From positions 260,557-324,556 of the forward strand of contig CAVQRT010000030.1 in the NCBI GenBank assembly GCA_963715195.1: a DNA stretch of 64,000 nucleotides. Direction: 5' to 3'. Source of the stretch: Thermodesulfovibrionales bacterium. Lineage in GTDB: Bacteria; Nitrospirota; Thermodesulfovibrionia; Thermodesulfovibrionales; SM23-35. Under the pieces are notes generated by a model. The model saw only the letters and a program-made list of their open reading frames with translations. It ran no database searches and was not told the origin of the DNA. Every line of letters starts with the position of its first letter. Within the stretch, counting starts at the first letter, position 1. Below, one piece after another: positions 51,685-64,000 of the stretch. A program made the position numbers and the translations under genes.

Positions 51685-53244
51685 ATGATAAGCCCGGTAT
51701 TAATTCAGCATCTCATAACGTATGGGCCTGCGGTAATTTCAGGGATCATCCTTGTCCTCTGCTTCCCAAAACCGGATTTATTTCTCATGGCATGGGTTGC
51801 TCTCGTGCCTTTTCTTCTTTCCCTCTATAACAAAGGCCCCAAAAAGGCATTCAAGACAGGGCTCTTTTTCGGAATCCCGTATTTTTTTGGGACACTGTAC
51901 TGGATATACCATTCCATAAACCATTACGGCGGCATTTCCTTGCCGGCAAGCATTTCGATTGTTATCCTGCTTTGCCTCTACCTCAGTCTCTATCCCGGTC
52001 TCTTTGCGGTCTTATTTTCAATTACCATCCGGAAAACCCGCCTGCCTGCCCTGCTGATCGCACCGGTTTTCTGGGTCGTGCTGGAGTTTCTCCGTACGTA
52101 TGTCTTTACCGGTTTTCCGTGGTCGAGTATCGGTTACTCGCAATATCAGTTTCTTGCCGTAATCCAGATAGCTGACATCACAGGAATTTACGGCGTTTCC
52201 TTTCTTGTTGTAGCGGTCAATGGTGCTCTTGCGGACCTGTTTCTTTTGAAACAGCGCACGCGGGACATACCGCTTTTTCCATTGTCGTATACTCTGATCG
52301 GTTTTGTGGTTCTCGTTGCGCTTGCGGGCACAACCATCATATACGGTCAGATGAAACTCCGGGAGCAAAGAGACGGCAAGCAGATCAGAGCAAGCATCAT
52401 TCAGGGAAATATCGAGCAGGACAGAAAGTGGGAACCCGAATACCAGAATGCTGTTATCGCAACGTATAAAGACCTTTCCCTAAAGGCCGCCGGTTTTTCG
52501 CCATCCATCGTTGTGTGGCCGGAAACAGCGGTGCCTTTCTTTTTTATGGCCGACAAAACGTACTCAAGGGATCTCATTGAATTTCAGCGCCAGTTGAACA
52601 GCCACCTCCTTTTCGGGACGATTTTGGTAAAGGGCACACAGGGCAACAGGCACCTGCTCGCAAACAGCGCAGTGGTGCTGAATGAGTCTGGAAAGGTAAC
52701 ATACACCTATGATAAAATACATCTTGTCCCGTTTGGAGAATATGTCCCCCTGCAGAAACTCCTCTTCTTTATCAATAAGCTTGTTGTGGGAATAGGAGAT
52801 TATGTGCATGGTAACAACTATCTCAGGGCTGACACTCCATCCGGATCTTTTGCGCCACTCATTTGCTATGAAATCATTTTTCCCGGACTGGTGAGGAAAT
52901 TTTATTCGAACGGCGGGGATTATATGGTGAATATTACCAACGACGCATGGTTTGGAAAAACAAGCGGGCCTTACCAGCACTTCAGTATGGCTGTTTTCCG
53001 GGCGGTCGAAAACCGCAAACCGGTCATACGGGCTGCGAATACTGGAATATCCGGATTTATTGACAGCAGCGGAAAGATTATTTCCCTGACAGACCTTTTT
53101 CAGAAGGCCATACTGACTGAGGACATAAAAACAGATTCTACAGTAAGCTTTTACGCAAAGTACGGAGACCTGTTCTCCTATTTGTGTATTGTGTTTTCTG
53201 TCATCTTACTGGCAAATGTAATGAGCAAATTAAGAACTATTTAA
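51685..53244 (+). CDS. lnt: Apolipoprotein N-acyltransferase
   Basis: GFPW, QGNI, WPETA, KIHLVPFGEYVP, ICYE, NDAWFG, RAANTGIS. Confidence 0.97.
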   Translation: MISPVLIQHLITYGPAVISGIILVLCFPKPDLFLMAWVALVPFLLSLYNKGPKKAFKTGLFFGIPYFFGTLYWIYHSINHYGGISLPASISIVILLCLYLSLYPGLFAVLFSITIRKTRLPALLIAPVFWVVLEFLRTYVFTGFPWSSIGYSQYQFLAVIQIADITGIYGVSFLVVAVNGALADLFLLKQRTRDIPLFPLSYTLIGFVVLVALAGTTIIYGQMKLREQRDGKQIRASIIQGNIEQDRKWEPEYQNAVIATYKDLSLKAAGFSPSIVVWPETAVPFFFMADKTYSRDLIEFQRQLNSHLLFGTILVKGTQGNRHLLANSAVVLNESGKVTYTYDKIHLVPFGEYVPLQKLLFFINKLVVGIGDYVHGNNYLRADTPSGSFAPLICYEIIFPGLVRKFYSNGGDYMVNITNDAWFGKTSGPYQHFSMAVFRAVENRKPVIRAANTGISGFIDSSGKIISLTDLFQKAILTEDIKTDSTVSFYAKYGDLFSYLCIVFSVILLANVMSKLRTI

Positions 53245-53253
53245 GGAGGAAAT

Positions 53254-54352
53254 ATGCTTTTACAGAACGAACTGAAAGAAGAGTTATCGAATCTCAGGGA
53301 CAAGACTGAATCTCTCAGAGGTTATCTTTGAAATACCCAGCCTGAAGGAAGAAATCGAAAAAATCCAGAAAGACCTCATATCCGATGGGGTTTGGGCATC
53401 TCCCGAGATAACCAGGGGCCTCCTGAAAAGAAAATCCAACCTCGAGGACATTGTTTCACACTTTGATGCACTCACGAGCAAACTTGTCTATCTCGAGGAA
53501 TCAATAGGAATTCTTGAAGAAGAAAGCGGAGAGCTTTTTCTTCAGGAACTGAAAAGAGAAATACAGGAACTGAAGGAGGAGTTGGAATCCCTTGAGATTG
53601 AGCATCTCCTGTCTGGCCAGATGGATAAAAATAATGCCATTATCACCATTCATCCCGGGGCAGGCGGAACAGAAAGCCAGGACTGGGCACAAATGCTAAT
53701 GAGGATGTATCTCCGCTGGGCCGAACGGCACAAATTCACCACGCAGATTATCGAGTTGCAGATGGGGGAGGAAGCGGGTATCAAGAGTGCAACCATTACC
53801 ATAGCCGGACCCTATGCCTACGGGTATTTAAAATCCGAGGCAGGAGTTCACAGACTCGTCAGAATATCCCCATTCGACGCGGGGAAAAGAAGGCATACAT
53901 CATTTGCCGCTGTCCTCGTTTATCCCGAAGTGGAGGAAGACATCGATATAGAAATCAAAGACGACGATATAAAAATGGATACGTTCAGGGCCTCAGGCGC
54001 AGGAGGACAGCACGTCAACAAGACCTCCTCTGCCGTCAGGTTAACGCATATTCCAACAGGTATCATTGTTACGTGCCAGAACGAACGCTCCCAACACAAA
54101 AACAGGGCACTTGCCATGAAGGTTCTGAAAGCCCGTTTATATGACGTTAGATTGAAGGAACAGGAAAAAAGAATTGAAGGATTTGTGGCTGATAAAAAAG
54201 GGATTGCATGGGGAAGTCAGATACGCTCCTATATCCTTCAACCGTACCGGATTATTAAAGATCACAGAACTGATTTTGAAACAGGAAATGTCGACACGGT
54301 ACTTGATGGCGATATAGATGTTTTTATTAAATCGTCTTTGAAAATGAAGTAA
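53254..54352 (+). CDS. prfB: Peptide chain release factor 2 with programmed +1 frameshift at CTT TGA (53326-53331)
   Basis: 25-codon ORF ending AGA GGT TAT CTT TGA; +1 frame continues into SPF and GGQ motifs. Confidence 0.97.
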
Positions 54353-54663
54353 CTCTGTTATGGGAAAAAATTTCTTGTCTACTATTACTATTTATATAAA
54401 TAAAGTAGTAGTTATAGTAGGGTGTGTTCATATGTTGAAAATTGGGGTTTGGCGAGGAAATAGAACCGTTTTTTGGTGTTCATAACCGGTCTCATAAATG
54501 AAGGAGTTTTTTTATAAATGTTTGTTTCTGAGTAACTAACAATCTATTAGACAATTTTATAACAGATTTTCTTGTCTTCCCTGTCAGTATTTAGATATAA
54601 TGGTACACCTTCCAAAGAAGTTATTAACAAGTGTTAGTAAAATGTTGATAGAATAATCAAGTT
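54353..54663. other. oriC: Replication origin (oriC) / dnaA promoter region
   Basis: AT-rich; DnaA-trio run 54405-54420 next to overlapping boxes TGTTCATAT and TGTTGAAAA; further TTATNAACA-like boxes at 54477, 54621, 54632, 54643. Confidence 0.75.
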
Positions 54664-55995
54664 ATGACTCCAGAAGAAATATGGAATAAAAGTCTTGCGA
54701 AGATCGAAGAGCGGGTTGGCAGCAATATCATTGACCTCTGGTTTAGGCCGATCAAACTCTCCCAGTTCAAGGAACAGCAAGCGACGATAGAAATTCCGAA
54801 CAGGTTCTTCAAAGACTGGATAGAGGATAATTATCCTGATATCATCACTGAATCCATCGGCGCGATTATGGGAGTTCCTGTAATGGTGCGGTACAAGATA
54901 GCAGAAAAGATGGACCCGACCGTCAGGAAGATGGATATGCGGTTAGAGACCAGGAGGCAGAAGCTTGCCAGCAGGGGTATTTATCTCAATCCGAAATATA
55001 CCTTTGAGAAATTCGTCATCGGTCAAAGCAACCAATTCGCACATGCTGCTGCGAAGGCGATTGCAGAGGCGCCCGGAAGGATATACAACCCTTTGTTTAT
55101 TTACGGTGGAGTGGGACTCGGAAAAACCCATCTCATCACCGCTATCGGAAATGCGGTTATTGATAAAAAGCCTGATATATCAGTGATTTTTGTATCTGCT
55201 GAACAATTTACCAATGAAGTGGTCTCTGCAATACGGCATGAGAAGATGGGAGAGCTCAAGGAGAAGTACCGGAATCTCGATCTCCTGCTGCTCGACGATA
55301 TACATTTTATTGCAAATAAGACACAAACCCAGGAGGAGTTTTTTCATACTTTTAACACGATTTATGAAAGACAGAAGCAGATTGTGATCTCGAGTGACAG
55401 GCCGCCGAAAGAAATCGGTGCGGTCACCGACAGGCTCAGGTCGCGGTTTAGCATGGGGCTTATCGCCGATATCCAGCCTCCCGAACTTGAGACGAAAGTC
55501 GCTATCCTGCAGAGAAAGGCGGAAACAGAAAAAATATTTGTGCCCGAGGATGTTGCATATTACCTTGCATCAAAAGTCAAATCTAACGTCCGTGAACTTG
55601 AGGGCTGCCTCATCCGGCTCGGCGCCCAGTCGTCTCTCACCGGGAGACCTATTAATAAAGATATGGCGAAACATATCCTGCAGGATCTTATTGAAGATGA
55701 TGAAAAACCGGTGACAACAGACCACATCCAGAAGATCGTGGCTGAACATCTCGGCATTAAACTGTCGGATATGAAGGCGAAGAAGCGTACGAAAGAGGTT
55801 GCGCTGCCGCGGCAGATTGCGATGTACCTGAGCAAGCAGCTCACGAACCTCTCCCTGAGTGATATCGGAAAAAACTTTGGCGGAAAAGACCACGCCACGG
55901 TTATTTATGCCTGCAAACAGATTGAGGAGAAAAGGGCAAAGGATGAAGCCTCCAACAGGATGATAGAAAGTCTCATACGGAAGATAAAGGGATGA
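54664..55995 (+). CDS. dnaA: Chromosomal replication initiator
   Basis: LNPKYTF, YNPLFIYGGVGLGKTHL, QEEFFHTFN, KDHATV. Confidence 0.98.
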   Translation: MTPEEIWNKSLAKIEERVGSNIIDLWFRPIKLSQFKEQQATIEIPNRFFKDWIEDNYPDIITESIGAIMGVPVMVRYKIAEKMDPTVRKMDMRLETRRQKLASRGIYLNPKYTFEKFVIGQSNQFAHAAAKAIAEAPGRIYNPLFIYGGVGLGKTHLITAIGNAVIDKKPDISVIFVSAEQFTNEVVSAIRHEKMGELKEKYRNLDLLLLDDIHFIANKTQTQEEFFHTFNTIYERQKQIVISSDRPPKEIGAVTDRLRSRFSMGLIADIQPPELETKVAILQRKAETEKIFVPEDVAYYLASKVKSNVRELEGCLIRLGAQSSLTGRPINKDMAKHILQDLIEDDEKPVTTDHIQKIVAEHLGIKLSDMKAKKRTKEVALPRQIAMYLSKQLTNLSLSDIGKNFGGKDHATVIYACKQIEEKRAKDEASNRMIESLIRKIKG

Positions 55996-56028
55996 AGAAG
56001 AGTTTACGAATACAGAGGAGGGGCTAAG

Positions 56029-57156
56029 ATGAAAGTGAATGTATCAAAGGGAGAGATGCTTGAGAAGCTCGCGAATATCCAGAACATTGTCGAAAAGAAG
56101 AATACCATGCCGATCCTGAGCCATTTCCTGCTGCATGCAGGAAAGAAAGGTTCATCAATTATAGCAACCGATATTGAAACGGCACTCAGGGAGCCGATAG
56201 AAATTGTCGTCGAAAAGGAAGGAAAAATCTGCATTCCTGCACGGAAACTCTTTGAGATTGTGAGAGAAGTGGATACAGATCTCTCTTTTGAGACGGAAGA
56301 TGAACAATGGCTCAGAGTCAGGTCGGGGGCAAGCGAGTTCAAGCTGGCGTGTCTTCCGCACGGTGATTTTCCTGCATGGCCGTCCTCCCTCGGCGGCGGG
56401 GAAATCGAAGAGATAACCATTGATGCGCCGATGCTCCTTGAGATGATAGAAAAAACCTTATATTCCGCCGGAGAGAGTGATACGCGGTATACCCTCAACG
56501 GACTGCTTTTCCATCCCAGGTCGGAGAAGAATTCGTTCACCGTTGTCGGGACAGATGGTCACAGGCTTGCAATTATCCACGGTCAGATCGACAGTAAGCT
56601 AAAAGATGAAAAGAAGATCATTGTGCCGAGAAAAGCGGTTTCTGAACTGAGGCGTTTTCTGCCGTCTGAACCCGGGGAAGGCGAGGTGCAGCGGGTTACG
56701 ATATCAATCGGGGAAAAACATCTGCTCTTCACAATCGGCAAAATTCAGTTTCTTACAAGACTGATCGAAGGTTCCTACCCGAATTATGAGAATGTTATTC
56801 CTCAGTCGAATGAAAGAAAGATGTCTATCGGACGGGAAGCCTTTGCCAGAGTCCTCCGAAGGATATCGGTAATGTCCAGGGAACGGGCGAGTGCGGTACG
56901 GTTAGACCTCGAAAATGACAAGATGACGCTCTTTTCTTCGAGCCCCGACCTTGGAGAGGCAAAGGAAGAGGTTCCCGTAGAGTATAAGGGGGATACCATT
57001 TCGCTCGGGTTCAATGCACGGTATGTCCTTGATGTCCTGAATGCGATGACCTCGGATAAGGTTGTCATCGAGATGCAGGACCCGTTGAGTCCGGTGCTCA
57101 TGAAAGAAGACGGAAACGATGACTACCAGTGCGTGATCATGCCGATGAGGATATAA
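56029..57156 (+). CDS. dnaN: DNA polymerase III beta clamp
   Basis: ATDIE, GTDGHRL, RLIEGSYPNY, GFNARY, VIMPMR. Confidence 0.98.
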   Translation: MKVNVSKGEMLEKLANIQNIVEKKNTMPILSHFLLHAGKKGSSIIATDIETALREPIEIVVEKEGKICIPARKLFEIVREVDTDLSFETEDEQWLRVRSGASEFKLACLPHGDFPAWPSSLGGGEIEEITIDAPMLLEMIEKTLYSAGESDTRYTLNGLLFHPRSEKNSFTVVGTDGHRLAIIHGQIDSKLKDEKKIIVPRKAVSELRRFLPSEPGEGEVQRVTISIGEKHLLFTIGKIQFLTRLIEGSYPNYENVIPQSNERKMSIGREAFARVLRRISVMSRERASAVRLDLENDKMTLFSSSPDLGEAKEEVPVEYKGDTISLGFNARYVLDVLNAMTSDKVVIEMQDPLSPVLMKEDGNDDYQCVIMPMRI

Positions 57157-57174
57157 AAAACAGAGAAGAAGATC

Positions 57175-59650
<2,476 letters not shown>

Positions 59651-59670
59651 AAAATGTTTGTTGTCGGTTT

Positions 59671-59729
59671 GCTCATAAAGTGAAAATTGATGCGCATAAA
59701 GTGAAAAAAATTCGCTCATAAATTGAAAA
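59671..59729. repeat. Three phased 16-bp direct repeats (21-22 bp period)
   Basis: GCTCATAAAGTGAAAA, GCGCATAAAGTGAAAA, GCTCATAAATTGAAAA. Confidence 0.8.
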
Positions 59730-59761
59730 GGCAACCGTTCATCTTCATAAAATCATCTTCA

Positions 59762-59798
59762 GTTAAGAACCCTGCGCCAAGAGCGCAGGGTTCTTAAC
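59762..59798. repeat. Perfect 16-bp inverted repeat; its core recurs at 9659-9681
   Basis: GTTAAGAACCCTGCGC CAAGA GCGCAGGGTTCTTAAC. Confidence 0.75.
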
Positions 59799-60263
59799 GA
59801 GAAGAACTCCTTCATCAACTGAACACCATCGACACTTCTCAATAGGTGAGACCTTCAAATGAAAATCTACAAAAAAGCTACCTCAGAAGGCTAACAACGA
59901 GGATTAATCATTTCTGGTTGTCGGGGTGCAAAAAAATATTTACAAGGTCGAAAACAAGAAAGAGACTAAAATTGAATATTTACTACTGAACTGCACATAA
60001 GGGAGAGGATAAAATCTCGCCCTTATGTGTGCATCATCTTATAAAAAAGTAAATTTATGTTTATGCTCTTCTCTGTCTCCTCAGGCAGTTAACTGAGCCA
60101 ATTCCTGCAAGTATGATGAAGATTATCATACCCCATTCGGTAATTTTGGGAACATTTTCTGCACACTGTTGTTGGCCCAGGAGTGAAATATTTATACAGC
60201 TGTTATAAGGAAAAGTTACAAGAGTGGTTCGGGATTACACTATTTCAGTTCACTATGAAAAAG

Positions 60264-60302
60264 AAAAGGGCGGCGGCGGCACCGCACAAGCCGCCCTTTT
60301 TT
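60264..60302. terminator. Bidirectional intrinsic terminator after the cytochrome gene
   Basis: AAAAGGGCGGC...GCCGCCCTTTT. Confidence 0.8.
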
Positions 60303-60314
60303 GCTTTTAGAAAC

Positions 60315-62987
60315 TTATTGGATCCTAAATGTCGTATTCGTCATCACGCCATTCCATGTATAACCTGCAGCAGTTACACTGGTAGTAGTGGCCGTGTAAA
60401 GTCCGAGAGTGGTACCGCCCGCACCTTTTCTATTTGGGGCCTGGGTCTGCCATGTAGCCTCTGCAATCCCATTCGCATCACTCACTGCAGATAGGGGACT
60501 AGGCGTCTCAGGGCCTGTTACTGTGATATCTACGTTTGCATTTTCCAAAGGCAGTCCCGTGGCAGTATCTATAACATGGGCTCGAATCACGATACCCTCT
60601 CCAGCAGCAAAGGTCGTTGCAGGTTCAAAAACGATTGTAGCAGTTTTACCTTTCCCCTGCTTTACATACTTGCCTGTCTCCATTGTGTCCACACCGGTAC
60701 GGAGCTGTCCCTGAGCATTCGGTATGGCGCAGATGATGTTGCTGAAACCAGATTCTACGTCACCTGACGTCAGCTCATATATGCCATTACCATCACAATC
60801 GTAAAGAGAGGTAACCTTGTAGCAATATTCCTGTCCGTTAGTGAGACCTGAGTCAATATAATTATTTGCCGCGGGATTCATTTGAGTTACGACCAATTGT
60901 GACTTACCGGCCTGATCGTAGTAGAGTCCATAACCCAGAACCGCCGGGTCACCCGGAATCTCCTGCCACGCAGTCGTCACCTGTTTGTCGCCGGGAGTGG
61001 CAGCTAGAAGGGTTGGGGTGGGCGCATTGCAGACGCTCGGCGGCGTGCCCCATGTGGCGGAGGCCATTACATAGGGTTCTGCCATACCAGTATTCAGCCA
61101 AGCCTCAAGCATGTATACACCTTCATTTTCAAGGAAAGTTATACTTTTATTGTTGCTCAGGTGGAGGAACTGAATGTATTCCCAGCTGGTCGGTTGATAG
61201 ACAAGATCTATAGTCGCATTGGTTGCTCCCTGCGGAGAATTAAGAGAAAAAGTATCAAAGTAGTTGTATGTCTTACCGGGTCCACCACTGTATTGATTTG
61301 CAGGCACTGGCAGGGCATTACGCAATCTGGCCTTTTCATAGTCCATACCATAAGGGGGAATACGGTTGTCCTTGGCCACCTTGTTGTTCAGTGCAAAGTG
61401 GAAGGTCTCTGCATAGTCAGGATGAACAGTAGAGCATACACCTTCTGCTAACTGTTGCAGCGTGCAGTCCACAGCACCGGTTATACGGTCATAACTCAAT
61501 GCCAGATTAGGGTCCCAGCCAAGACTGGTAAGCTGTTGCGCCCATGTCTGCGTCATGGCATAGTGGGCCTCGTAGATCTTGGTGTTTGGATCGTGAGGAT
61601 CCAGAATGGTCTTAACAACAATCGGAGTACCATCAATATCTGCAGTTAGTTCACCGTATGCTCCATCTTCACGTATGAGTACTCCATTAGCATCGTACCA
61701 TTTGATATTCAACCACATCCTGCGACCTTCGGGATACCCCGAAATGAGCTTATGTCCCGTATGATTCACGATCTTTAATGTGTTGCCCTGAATCGAAAGT
61801 GAGGCAGCGAGGTTGAGCTGTTCCTTTGCCCGGAGAACAGCGGCATCCAATGCAGCAATCTGGACCGAGGTGAGGTTGCCGCCAAGTCGCAGTTTTCCCT
61901 GACCATCTAGATACTTGATTACTTCGGGCATCCAGTAATTACCACCAGTCATGTCATGCAGAGGGAGATCACTGCGAAAAGGTGGATTCTTGTTACAGCC
62001 CTGTCCAAATACGGGACGCATATGACAGGACTGGCAGCTGTAGAAACGGAGATCGCCATCCTCATAATTGCCGCTAACTGTTCCACCCTGGGTTGCATCA
62101 TTGTAAATTGCCTGCAATGCACCACCCTTGAGATCAGCAGGAAGGTTCACATAGTCATTAACGAGCGTCTGGGAGATCATGCCAGCCTTGTATTCACTGA
62201 ATGTTCTCTCAACGATACCGTATTTGTACGGCGGATTGTTGAAGGCAGCCTTTGTATCAACCGGACTCACTATACCAGGATTGCCGTCGGCAATGACCGG
62301 ATCTGCTGTAGCCTGAGCACCATTGTTATGTGCTAGATTCCCTACTGCTGCGTTGGAGACGTCATGACAAGTGCCGCAGAAGTCAACGGATCGGTGGAAC
62401 TTGGATGACATCCACTGGTGCCTAGCCTGAGCATCCGAATAAGGCCCTAGCTTGTCACTTCCGCCCCAAAGAGAGGATATACCGCTACCGTAATATCCTT
62501 CCTTGGTAAGATCCGGCAGGATATCGTACGGTTCGAAGGGCGGAAAGAAAACTCCCACATGTTCTGAATTGTCAGGTTTGGTCATCATGTGGCAGAAATC
62601 GCATTCAACGCCGTCACTGTCACCCGCTGCCAAACCGGAGCCGTCTGTGGGTGTAGACCGTCCTCCAAGCCATCCCGCCGTGCTGTGACATCGTATACAC
62701 AGGTCTCCAGCCCCATCAAAATCCTGCTCAACGACGGCCATAGTGGCCCAGAAGATCGGGTCTCGGCCGGCATTTGCCATCATACTTCCTCGCCAGTTAA
62801 ATGCGGGCTCTGTGGCAGTGTTGTAGCCTCCGTGACAGTTGTCGCACTTGTTTGGTGACTCTAAATTCGATACTTCTTGCGGTTGGGTACCGGGCTGCTG
62901 GATATTTGTTGGAACTTCAAGAGCGGCAAAACTGATCCCGGCAAATACCAGAATGATAATTGCCTTTATGACAAGCAACTTCTTCAC
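60315..62987 (-). CDS. Secreted multiheme c-type cytochrome (5 CXXCH) with C-terminal Fn3/Ig-like domains
   Basis: CDNCH, CIRCH, CDFCH, CGTCH, CQSCH; signal peptide; Fn3-like ATPGDKQV..W...YIDSGLTNG.EY.Y.V. Confidence 0.88.
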   Translation of the reverse strand: MKKLLVIKAIIILVFAGISFAALEVPTNIQQPGTQPQEVSNLESPNKCDNCHGGYNTATEPAFNWRGSMMANAGRDPIFWATMAVVEQDFDGAGDLCIRCHSTAGWLGGRSTPTDGSGLAAGDSDGVECDFCHMMTKPDNSEHVGVFFPPFEPYDILPDLTKEGYYGSGISSLWGGSDKLGPYSDAQARHQWMSSKFHRSVDFCGTCHDVSNAAVGNLAHNNGAQATADPVIADGNPGIVSPVDTKAAFNNPPYKYGIVERTFSEYKAGMISQTLVNDYVNLPADLKGGALQAIYNDATQGGTVSGNYEDGDLRFYSCQSCHMRPVFGQGCNKNPPFRSDLPLHDMTGGNYWMPEVIKYLDGQGKLRLGGNLTSVQIAALDAAVLRAKEQLNLAASLSIQGNTLKIVNHTGHKLISGYPEGRRMWLNIKWYDANGVLIREDGAYGELTADIDGTPIVVKTILDPHDPNTKIYEAHYAMTQTWAQQLTSLGWDPNLALSYDRITGAVDCTLQQLAEGVCSTVHPDYAETFHFALNNKVAKDNRIPPYGMDYEKARLRNALPVPANQYSGGPGKTYNYFDTFSLNSPQGATNATIDLVYQPTSWEYIQFLHLSNNKSITFLENEGVYMLEAWLNTGMAEPYVMASATWGTPPSVCNAPTPTLLAATPGDKQVTTAWQEIPGDPAVLGYGLYYDQAGKSQLVVTQMNPAANNYIDSGLTNGQEYCYKVTSLYDCDGNGIYELTSGDVESGFSNIICAIPNAQGQLRTGVDTMETGKYVKQGKGKTATIVFEPATTFAAGEGIVIRAHVIDTATGLPLENANVDITVTGPETPSPLSAVSDANGIAEATWQTQAPNRKGAGGTTLGLYTATTTSVTAAGYTWNGVMTNTTFRIQ

Positions 62988-63108
62988 TATTCCCTCCTTT
63001 CCTTAGTCTTGCGCTTTTTGACTGTGGTTCGCCTCTGTAGAGATAGATAAAGCATAGGCATCACCTTCCTCCCCATGTTGGACGAATCGTATCGAATTTA
63101 TTCCGGAA

Positions 63109-63522
63109 TTATGACTTTTTGGTCCTGCATTTCGGACAAAGACCGAAAAACTCAATACGATTGTCTACTATTTCAAAGCCTTCCCGTTCGCTGTCAGGAA
63201 TGGCAAGATTAAACGTTCTCTGAAGATCTACAATCTTCTTACACTGTGTGCAGATAAGATGATGATGGGGTTCAGTATTCGGATCAAAGCGTCTCTTGTC
63301 TGCTTCGATGTTAAGTTCAACAAGATATCCCTTCTCGACTAAGGTTTCCAGTGTTTTATAGACAGTTGCAAAAGACATTGTAGGAAACTTCTTTGAGACT
63401 TTCTTATAAATATCCTTTGCTGTCGGATGTTCTTCATTTCCTTCAAGATAGTCAAGTATTGCCAATCTCTGCGCTGTAAGTTGTAGTCCCCTATATTTTT
63501 GTCTTTGCGTAGCTAGGTCCAT
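63109..63522 (-). CDS. Fur-family regulator (PerR-like)
   Basis: TAQRLAIL, HPTA, ATVYKTL, HHHLICTQC, GLCPKC. Confidence 0.93.
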   Translation of the reverse strand: MDLATQRQKYRGLQLTAQRLAILDYLEGNEEHPTAKDIYKKVSKKFPTMSFATVYKTLETLVEKGYLVELNIEADKRRFDPNTEPHHHLICTQCKKIVDLQRTFNLAIPDSEREGFEIVDNRIEFFGLCPKCRTKKS

Positions 63523-63546
63523 AATATGTTTGATAAGATTTCTAAA

Positions 63547-63566
63547 ATGATAATAATTATTATCAT
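63547..63566. promoter_or_regulatory. Fur/Per-type operator
   Basis: Perfect palindrome ATGATAATAATTATTATCAT just upstream of the Fur-family gene. Confidence 0.75.
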
Positions 63567-63709
63567 ATATTAATTATTTTGTCAAGTGGAACGTCGCTCT
63601 CTCAGCAAACTATACGTATTTCCCATATGCTCTCTGCATATGATAAATCCGCTACCTGTTTAGAAGAGGAAGGCATCAGTATAGGCAAAAGATATTTCCT
63701 GCCTCCAAT

Positions 63710-64000
63710 CTACACCGTGTTCAGAGAGTAAGAAATAGGTTGCGGAATGGGCTTGATGAACGGAAAGCGTTTTTCACGGCATGATTTCCAGACAGATAGA
63801 AGTCCCTCTATCGTATCCTGCAATGCAGCTATATTGACGGGCTTTCTGAAGAAATCTCTCGCACCTGCTCTGAAGGCTCTCAGAACAATACCCTCAGCGT
63901 TGAGATCAGTAATGAAGATGTTTGGAATGAGAGGGCAGTTGGTCTTATTTTCCTCCAAAATCTTTAATCCTACATCAATATCGACAGTGCAATCGAGCAG
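63710..64000 (-). CDS. Receiver-domain-like protein, partial (start outside the window)
   Basis: LLDC...GLKILEE..PLIPNIFIT...RAFRAGARDFFRKP. Confidence 0.65.
   Translation of the reverse strand: MLDCTVDIDVGLKILEENKTNCPLIPNIFITDLNAEGIVLRAFRAGARDFFRKPVNIAALQDTIEGLLSVWKSCREKRFPFIKPIPQPISYSLNTV

Noticed and set aside
59671..59729. CRISPR array
   Set aside because: Repeats are 16 bp with 5-6 bp spacers, and no cas genes are present

Overview
A bacterial chromosomal window spanning the replication origin (lnt-prfB-oriC-dnaA-dnaN-gyrB). Gene content and protein style suggest an anaerobic Nitrospirota/Thermodesulfovibrionia-like or deltaproteobacterial organism (inference). The main theme is a dispersed phosphate (Pho) regulon: pit/DUF47, phoB-phoR, a GDPD, a porin, GH1-PHP-GT21, a truncated phoA and pstSCAB-phoU. 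Seven promoters share the same architecture, visible in the sequence: 3-4 direct repeats at 11-bp period followed 5-6 nt later by a TAnnnT -10 element. Three of these drive a tandem cassette of uncharacterised small Cys-rich genes, and one drives a putative glycolipid-remodelling pair. Other highlights: a selenocysteine MsrA whose N-terminus the ORF track misses (GUFW); the prfB programmed +1 frameshift; MnmA with in-frame repeat-derived insertions; an AT-rich island (extra RpoD-like sigma, two TusA, PAS-LuxR, candidate C-loop sRNA) bounded by hisF and DJ-1 fragments; a 20-aa Cys-rich sORF before rubredoxin and a SagB-like gene; a secreted DUF1566/HExxH plus Zn-PLC-like cluster; an oriC with variant DnaA boxes and DnaA-trios; and a pentaheme cytochrome beside a Fur/PerR gene. 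Several genes are split by apparent single-base insertions that are probably sequencing errors. All family calls come from motif recognition by eye; no database searches were run.
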